In this document: positions 18,992 through 25,149 of the stretch, piece after piece | Position numbering within the stretch: position 1 is the first letter of the stretch | Layout of the letters: every line of letters begins with the position of its first letter | NCBI GenBank assembly: GCA_002794465.1 | Contig: MTSL01000172.1 | Coordinates: 1-25,149, forward strand | Direction of reading: 5' to 3' | Source of the DNA: Paramicrosporidium saccamoebae KSL3 | Taxonomy: Eukaryota; Fungi; Cryptomycota | Length of the DNA: 25,149 nt | Notes under the pieces: generated by a model | What the model saw: the letters and a program-made list of their open reading frames with translations, nothing else | Databases searched by the model: none | What the model was told of the DNA's origin: nothing | Program-made: the position numbers and the translations under genes

Positions 18992-21571
18992 CTACAATTC
19001 CTCTTTTGGTTCTTCTTCCGGTTCTTCTATGAGAGGATGGATTAGAGCGTCGCGATCAGTATAAATTGCAGCCCAATCTTTTCCAAAGCCTAGTAGAACA
19101 GCCGTCTTGAAGATTTGGTCCTTGTCCATTGTTTTTGGTGGTGTGATTCCCCGGAATAGATGCTCTCTAAATGCTTCGGAATCAATTTGCCACTGATGAA
19201 TGGGCACCCCGTAAATTACGGCCTTTCCCACAAAATTAGCGACGCTTTCCCTTTCAAGCTTTTTCAGAGCTGGATGTTGAGCAATGTGGGCCTGCAAGTC
19301 TGGCACTATTTTGGGCAGGACAAAGACACGCTCGGCAAGTGGGAGACTTTGGAAATAATCGTCAAGCAGCTCGAGGAGGAGCGACCATTCGTAGGCACCA
19401 GGAGTAAAATGAAGGGCAAGATAGCGGGCGCGCCAATAGGCATGATCCAGGATGCGTCGAATGATGGGACCGTAGAGGGGAATTGTGAGCAGGTGGGGTG
19501 TTGCGGGGTTTTTCATTATAACAGCCAGGTCGGGAGAGTTGGTATCGATGGCGTCCTCAATGACTCGTAAGTGATGCATTGACCAGGTTTGGAGGACAGA
19601 CAAGTCCTTTGAGCGAGATGAAGGCCTCTTCTGGACGATGCGGTCAATGACAACCTGTCGTTTGCTTACGGAATAAATGCCACCGTAGCACATCTGATCG
19701 ACAAGATCCTTGTAGGCACTGCAGTCCATTCGGGCCAGATGATCTGGGACCAACAGATGCCAATTGAGCACTAATGAGAATCCGTCAAGTTCTGGGAATG
19801 TTTCATTTGGACAGAGAATCTCTCCCATCTTTTTCATATAGTCAGAGGCCGTTGTAGGTGCATCCCAAAATGCATTGACATGCTTCACCGCCAATGTCCC
19901 TGCTGTGAGAATGGCTAGTGCGAACAGCTCCCAATAGGCCGAGTCGTCTTGAGTTTGTAGTTGCAGCAAATGAGCGTTTCGTTTGCGAATTTCAAAGGGC
20001 GAAATGCCCGTGGGGATGGTAACTGGGAATCCCAGGATTTGGTGAATGAGGGAGAGATAGGCATTTGATCCGCCACCCACGCCGTCAACACTCAATAAGG
20101 CTCCATCTCCAAGCGGAGAGGCACACGTCATGGTGGTTGAATGGTCCACAATGGCACGGAAGAAGACGCGCAGCTCATCGTCGTCCTGCAGGTTGCACTT
20201 TACAATTTGAGCCAACACTTGCGACGCTTCGGCATCAGTGATGAGTAGCATGCCTGCAGTAACGGTAGCCACAATGCCATTTAAGAGTTCCAAGTTGCTG
20301 TAGTCCTGGCCGTGTGTCTTGAGTAAGTGTCGACCAACGTCCTTGATGCGATACAGTAGCCTCAGTCGGACATCCAAATCGGGATTTTCATGCAGGCGAG
20401 TCAGCGCCTCGGCGGGCTCGTTTCGGCCCAGAATCAAAAGCGCAGCCTCCGTCTCTCGTCCAAATGTGCCACGGAATTTCTCCCCTATCAGAGTGCCTAC
20501 TAGCTGCACACGCTCTCGCAGAGACATGGCACCATCCATTCCGAAACTCATTAATCGGCAATTGGCGAGTGAAGATAGGGAGGCAGTGAAACCTCGTACA
20601 GTGTCCAAAAGACGCACCATTTGACCATCGGTGCCGGTGCACAGACGCAGCCAAACTGCATCAGAGAGCCGAGGACGGGCGGAGAAGACGTAACGTTCAT
20701 ATTCGGTATACAGCTGATTGGAAGAGACGATGCCGCTGACAGGAGCCATGGCACTAAGTAGTTCTAAATGGGCAGCGTTGTCAACGGCCATGGCGACCTT
20801 GTAGATCCGTGCCAAATGGGGATCAGCAAATGCAAGCAGCGGATTGTATGCCAAAAAGGGTTGGAGAACCGTCTCTAGTCTGGGCATTTTGGTCTCTTTG
20901 GCTTGGGCCTCTTTGCTCAGAAATTCCAAGATTGTATGACTATAGGAGCACACTCGCTCTCGTAGACTGCCTAGGCCCATTTTCTTGGCTTCTTTATCTA
21001 GAGGCGCCAGCCAGTCCAGTTCTGAGTAGCACTGACTAACGCTCTTGACAAAAGGGCTAAGAAACTCGACGACAATGGGATCCTCTTTAGATCGACCATA
21101 TTGCAGCACATAGGTGAGTCGCTCTTCCGAAATCTCTTTTAGCACTGTCTCTTCAACTTGGCCCCGTAGTAAGTATGCTGCAAATTGGAATGGCCTTCGA
21201 AGCTTTAAAACTCCCTTTGTTCCACCCTCTGCCCATCTTAACACCAGGGCTAGCAGACCACGTTGAGATTCTGTCATCCGCTCGTAAATTTTGGATTTCA
21301 ACGTCAAATGGTCGAGCCATCGATTAACCGAAGCAAAACGAGCCGTAAAATTTGTGGTGAACAAGTGCTCAGCAGGATAATTTCGGAGATGGAGAAGAGC
21401 AAGGTGGCGCGGATTGGAGAGACAGGACGCGTCCAGCACTGCACAGGGAACATTCTGAACATCCAAACGACGCATAGCCTCTACAAAGCTCTCGATCCCG
21501 CCCAGCGCCGGTCCACCCAATGCAGCCACAATCTCTACTATTGATAGCAATAGCAGTGGAAATAGGGTCAT
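18992..21571 (-). CDS. Hypothetical protein, 859 aa, with predicted signal peptide and C-terminal KEEL
   Basis: Uninterrupted ATG-initiated 2580-nt ORF filling the space between known genes. N-terminus MTLFPLLLLSIVEIVAALGG; C-terminus EEPEEEPKEEL. No family recognised. Confidence 0.8.
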   Translation of the reverse strand: MTLFPLLLLSIVEIVAALGGPALGGIESFVEAMRRLDVQNVPCAVLDASCLSNPRHLALLHLRNYPAEHLFTTNFTARFASVNRWLDHLTLKSKIYERMTESQRGLLALVLRWAEGGTKGVLKLRRPFQFAAYLLRGQVEETVLKEISEERLTYVLQYGRSKEDPIVVEFLSPFVKSVSQCYSELDWLAPLDKEAKKMGLGSLRERVCSYSHTILEFLSKEAQAKETKMPRLETVLQPFLAYNPLLAFADPHLARIYKVAMAVDNAAHLELLSAMAPVSGIVSSNQLYTEYERYVFSARPRLSDAVWLRLCTGTDGQMVRLLDTVRGFTASLSSLANCRLMSFGMDGAMSLRERVQLVGTLIGEKFRGTFGRETEAALLILGRNEPAEALTRLHENPDLDVRLRLLYRIKDVGRHLLKTHGQDYSNLELLNGIVATVTAGMLLITDAEASQVLAQIVKCNLQDDDELRVFFRAIVDHSTTMTCASPLGDGALLSVDGVGGGSNAYLSLIHQILGFPVTIPTGISPFEIRKRNAHLLQLQTQDDSAYWELFALAILTAGTLAVKHVNAFWDAPTTASDYMKKMGEILCPNETFPELDGFSLVLNWHLLVPDHLARMDCSAYKDLVDQMCYGGIYSVSKRQVVIDRIVQKRPSSRSKDLSVLQTWSMHHLRVIEDAIDTNSPDLAVIMKNPATPHLLTIPLYGPIIRRILDHAYWRARYLALHFTPGAYEWSLLLELLDDYFQSLPLAERVFVLPKIVPDLQAHIAQHPALKKLERESVANFVGKAVIYGVPIHQWQIDSEAFREHLFRGITPPKTMDKDQIFKTAVLLGFGKDWAAIYTDRDALIHPLIEEPEEEPKEEL

Positions 21572-21614
21572 TTGAATATCGCCATGCCAGAGATCCTTTT
21601 ATGGATCACTCTTG

Positions 21615-21783
21615 ATTGGACATTTTGAGTGACGGACCAATTATGACTGCTGACCCGTGATGGACCAATCCTAACATGACGAGAGGAGAGTTAGGATATA
21701 TATGGTGAATTATGGTGAATCAAAATCTTTTGGTCGTTACTACCAACCCAACTCATAAATACAACAGTTTTGCTGATCATTGG
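21615..21783. promoter_or_regulatory. CCAAT-box cluster upstream of the orphan gene
   Basis: ATTGG at 21615 and 21779; CCAAT at 21637 and 21665, the latter two in a short duplicated GTGAYGGACCAAT motif. Confidence 0.45.
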
Positions 21784-21834
21784 CTATAGAATACCGAGCT
21801 GCCTGCACAATAATAGATATATAGAAAGCTTTAT

Positions 21835-22314
21835 TTAATCGACTTCCATACGGTTCTGGGCAGGCTTGGCGGCAACCTTGATACTCTGTTTCTTTTTGAT
21901 GGTGGGTACCTTGAGGAGATCCATGCCGGTCTGGACCTGCTTCATGGCCTCCTCCTTTTCCTTCTGTACCTTGCCCTGTACTCGGTTCCGGACAAATGCC
22001 CTCTCCCTCTTGGCTCTCACCTCTTGTACCCTCTTTATCGCTCGCACTGTCGTCTCCATCATCTCCCGGTCATAACGCACCGGCACATTCCGTCGCTTCT
22101 CAAACTCAAAGGTAGAGTCCACAGTCATCTCCTTGCCCGCTGCCTTCCGGAAGGCCTTGGTCCAGCGCATCTTGCGGGGATTGCGCTTGGCCTTGAAGTT
22201 TTTGTGACACTTGCTGCGACAGAAACGGAAAAGGGAGCCGTCATTGCGGACAAAGCCCACGCCGTGTCCCGGATAGCATGGGGAGGAACAAAAATAGCAC
22301 TTTTCAACTCTCAT
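21835..22314 (-). CDS. RLP24: Ribosome biogenesis protein Rlp24 (eL24-like), 159 aa, intronless
   Basis: [23 protein letters not shown]...[55 protein letters not shown] is the Rlp24 signature rather than cytosolic Rpl24. Confidence 0.95.
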   Translation of the reverse strand: MRVEKCYFCSSPCYPGHGVGFVRNDGSLFRFCRSKCHKNFKAKRNPRKMRWTKAFRKAAGKEMTVDSTFEFEKRRNVPVRYDREMMETTVRAIKRVQEVRAKRERAFVRNRVQGKVQKEKEEAMKQVQTGMDLLKVPTIKKKQSIKVAAKPAQNRMEVD

Positions 22315-22613
22315 CCTACCCCGGTCGATAACGGAGACGGGACCTATTTGAGCACTAGCGAACTTGTGGATATTATTGAAATGTTATGAAGGTTGTGCGG
22401 TCAAGTTTCCAATATCATTATATTAACAATCTAAATAAATCTTGTAGCATAGCATGTTCTAAGCCGGGTGGCAAACGATTGGCACCAGCCGGTATCTTTT
22501 CTCAGCCCGACCCAGCTTGGTAAATCCCATATCCAATCCCCACCTCAAGCTCAGCCCCGATCTCAAGACTAATTTTGATTATGCTTGCCAATCTTAATAT
22601 ACACCACCGGTTC

Positions 22614-23850
22614 TTAAAGAAATGTGCTGGGAGGTGGAAAGGCGGCCTTTTTGCTAAGAACAATTAGGCTTTTTTCATGCGAAATATATCCCTTGATAAA
22701 TCCCTAGAGGTCAGAAATGCACTAGTTCTTGTACATGGAAGATGAGATTGGCTGCGATACATTCCACCTCGTCGATTGTCATGTCGGGGATGCCCAATGT
22801 TGCCAGGACAAACTCTACTAACCGTAGGTTCAGTCGATTCTCCTGTTGCATTCCCCGATTTAGTCCAATCAGATAGAGCTTCTTGTAGAAGCTGCGCAGG
22901 ATTAGGTTCCGGAGCTGTAACTGGATGACGAGGAAAATTTCCTTTTTCATATAGAACGACTGGTTGGCAAGCAGCACCTGGTCAAAGAGCCGCAGATCGC
23001 CGGTGCGGACGGCCAGAGCCAAATGGTGGAATTGCGTGTCGAGGCCGTGCCGCGTCAAAAGGTCGGGATGAGGGAGATGGCCATGAATCATCTTGACCAG
23101 CACAAAATACACCATCAGTTCGCGCTTTTGTTTGGCAAATTGGTGTGAACATGTTTTCACGGCATTCTGAAAGAGTTCTTCGGCCTTTTTAAAATCACTC
23201 TGATTCATTGCGAGCCGACCACCAAAGTAGCAGTATGTGACCACCTCAGCCTTGGGGAACTGACTCAATGGTGGAAATTCTACTTTGGTTGTCGTGTCAA
23301 TGGCCCGCACAATGTTATGGCAGAGCCGGATTGTGCCGAGCCGAAAGTATAGCCGGAACAAGAGATTGGCAATGTGAATGGAGGCCCATTTCTTGGACTG
23401 CGACAATGGCGCACGATCTGTAATGGCAGTGGTGAAGGCTCGAGAGAGATGTCGTGCAGCCTCTTCCCGGTCTAAAGAGCCTGCCATAATGGAAAGGTGG
23501 AATAGATTGTCACAAAGACGCTTCAGCAGAGACACTTCGCGACGACTCTCGCTAGTTAGGTTCTTTAACAGCTCCTGTAACGCCGAAACTGCACACTTGC
23601 AGGCTTCAGCAGCAGCTGGAGGTTGACTGGACAGGGCAACAAGAAGACGAATGTGCGAATTTAGCATTTCTGCCAAAGGCACTCCAGTAGGCATATTCAC
23701 AGCTCTCAATGGTGTCGCAAGAAGACCCAATATGGCTGTACTTGTCGGACGAGACGCACTCTTCATTGCTGGAATCCACAAAAGGTCAGCCAGCTGGTCA
23801 TAATCGCGCCCAAGGACAGTCTTGTGCAGCAGGGCTACATACTCGTCCAT
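22614..23850 (-). CDS. PCID2: PCI-domain protein PCID2/Thp1/Csn12-like, 401 aa; exons 23850-22735, 22703-22614
   Basis: SKKWASIHIANLLFRLYFRLGTIRLCHNIVRAID, VTYCYFGGRLAM..SDFKKAEE and DEVECIAANLIFH-GFIKGYISHEKSLIVLSKKAAFP (reconstructed across the intron). ATG at 23850; the ORF-track start is upstream and non-ATG. Confidence 0.88.
22704..22734 (-). other. Spliceosomal intron, 31 nt (PCID2)
   Basis: GTACAA...TCTGACCTCTAG; restores ANLIFH-GFIKGYISH. Confidence 0.92.
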
Positions 23851-24131
23851 GTGTAAAGTAGTGGGATGATTGGCCAACCAATTAGCAGAGATGGAAAATG
23901 TGAACCGTAGGGGCACTGTTGATGAGTGAACTAGTTCTTATTAAAGCACATGGAGCCTTTATAATAAGCGAATACTGTTTAATAAACTCTTCTACCTACG
24001 CGCACGCTTAATGTAAACCGTCTTTGTGGGATAGAAAGTATTCTATGGGGTAGACCATTTTACTTGATCATGCTCCAAATAGAGATTACTGTCCTTTAAG
24101 CAAGCTGTTTCACCCGATCATGCTCCAACTC

Positions 24132-24151
24132 GATATGATATGATATGATAT
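24132..24151. repeat. (GATAT)4 microsatellite
   Basis: Read directly; lies in the spacer between the TBP stop codon and the PCID2 start. Confidence 0.85.
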
Positions 24152-24292
24152 TGCCGTTATTATCATTGTTCCACAACCTTTTTTACAGCCCCCCCCCCAC
24201 GTATCAAATGAATTCCCATCTATCCACACGCGACCTGGGAACGGAAAATAATTTTATTGATACATGCGTGTTTGTCTATAACCGCAGATTAT

Positions 24293-24978
24293 TTAGGGCT
24301 TGCGGAATTCTGTCAGTACCGGATAAATGTTCTCAAACGCCTGGTAAATCTCATCGCGCACCTTGGCGCCCGTCAGCACAACTTTGCCGCTGACAAAGAT
24401 GAGCAGGACAATCTTGGGCTTGACCATGCGATAGATGAGACCTGGGAACAGTTCCGGTTCGTAGCTGGAGTAATGGCCGTGAGAAAAGGCCAGACCCTCG
24501 AGACGGATGGGAAACTTGACGCCGCAACTGCCGACAATGTTTTGGATTTTAAACTCGGCGAAACGAGCGGGAAAGCCGAGTTTTTGGATGATGCGGGCAT
24601 ACTTGCGAGCAGCCAAACGACAAAACTCTTCGCTTTTGGCACCAGTCACCACCATCTTTCCCGAGGCAAAGATGAGCGCTGTGGTTTTGGGTTCGCGGAT
24701 GCGCATGATGACGGCGGCGAAACGCTTTGGATTATACTCGGCGTTGCGAGCATGGAGGGCAATGGTCTTAAGGTCCAGCCGACACTCCAAGTTCACTGTC
24801 GCCACAACATTCCTATGATTGACTTTACTACTACTAAGACGTACTGCAGGACGGGAACGATGCCACTTGGGTGCTTGGCAAGGTCCACTCCAGTAACAGC
24901 GGGCCGGTCCGCAACTTCGACGGGCGTGTTTCCAAGCAGCCCGTCCAAGTCCACCATGTCCTGTGAGGGAGCAGTCAT
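24293..24978 (-). CDS. TBP: TATA-box binding protein, 217 aa; exons 24978-24845, 24812-24293
   Basis: [24 protein letters not shown]...[39 protein letters not shown]...[34 protein letters not shown], with a fungal-type N-terminal junction. Exons sum to 654 nt. Confidence 0.97.
24813..24844 (-). other. Spliceosomal intron, 32 nt (TBP)
   Basis: GTACGT...GTCAATCATAG; restores [10 protein letters not shown]. Confidence 0.93.
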
Positions 24979-25044
24979 TGTGTGAGTCGATAACTGTTGT
25001 ACGGAAGGAGTTACCGCCGTCGTACGACGAGCGTTGCCGGGGCC

Positions 25045-25080
25045 TATTTATAAGTCTGGGGGCGGCCTTGGGCCAATCAG
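25045..25080 (-). promoter_or_regulatory. TBP promoter: TATA box (TATAAATA on the minus strand, 25052-25045) and CCAAT box (GGCCAATCAG, 25071-25080)
   Basis: Consensus TATA about 66 nt upstream of the ATG, with a full NF-Y-type RRCCAATCAG about 20 nt further upstream. Confidence 0.6.
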
Positions 25081-25149
25081 CGATTGCCGACAACAATACC
25101 CTTGTTTAAGGCATATTTACGAGTGAGGTTGAGTTAGAGGGGGGGGGGG

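Noticed and set aside
22315-22325. Microsporidian CCC/GGG motif just upstream of start codons
   Set aside because: Present before RLP24 and loosely before the kinesin, but absent before TOM1 and TBP, so it is not consistent.
104-24978. Functional gene cluster (Mcd4 + GT69 for GPI; Tom1 + Nas2 for the proteasome; Mrc1 + Kar3 for the cell cycle)
   Set aside because: The genes are interspersed with unrelated ones in mixed orientation; such pairings are expected by chance in a gene-dense genome.
24257-24985. 242-aa antisense ORF over TBP, and other nested or antisense ORFs (e.g. 800-1459, 2877-3359, 13002-13547, 19160-19570, 22024-22389)
   Set aside because: They are shadows of conserved genes with no recognisable motifs, as expected from codon bias.
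25139-25149. Terminal G11 run as a telomere or G-quadruplex
   Set aside because: There is no TTAGGG-type repeat, and it is truncated by the window edge; it may be a homopolymer or a sequencing artefact.

Overview
This is gene-dense eukaryotic DNA in the standard genetic code, with no prokaryotic, phage, CRISPR, rRNA/tRNA or transposase signal. Ten protein-coding genes nearly tile the window: Mrc1/Claspin-like (+), GPI ethanolamine-phosphate transferase Mcd4/PIGN (+), HECT E3 ligase Tom1/HUWE1 (+), proteasome chaperone Nas2/PSMD9 (-), Cap59/CMT1-family (GT69) mannosyltransferase (-), kinesin-14 Kar3/KlpA type (+), an orphan 859-aa signal-peptide protein ending in KEEL (-), Rlp24 (-), PCID2/Thp1/Csn12-like PCI protein (-) and TBP (-). 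The breaks in the ORF track resolve into ten 28-34 nt GT..TAG introns. Fungal-type proteins, spacers of about 70-440 bp and tiny introns point to a compacted early-diverging fungal lineage (Rozellomycota or basal microsporidia, e.g. Paramicrosporidium-like); this taxonomic call is an inference, not verified. I found no multi-gene novel system and the gene set is mostly housekeeping. The unexplained structure is non-coding: a decayed ~87-nt repeat of the Mrc1 C-terminus that appears to supply the Mcd4 start codon, a 13-bp array rich in WGATAR sites, and a 37-bp array with an invariant ATTAAATCA core inside an inverted repeat. Also notable are poly(A) signals fused to stop codons, CCAAT-dense promoters with an E2F-like site, and the orphan protein.
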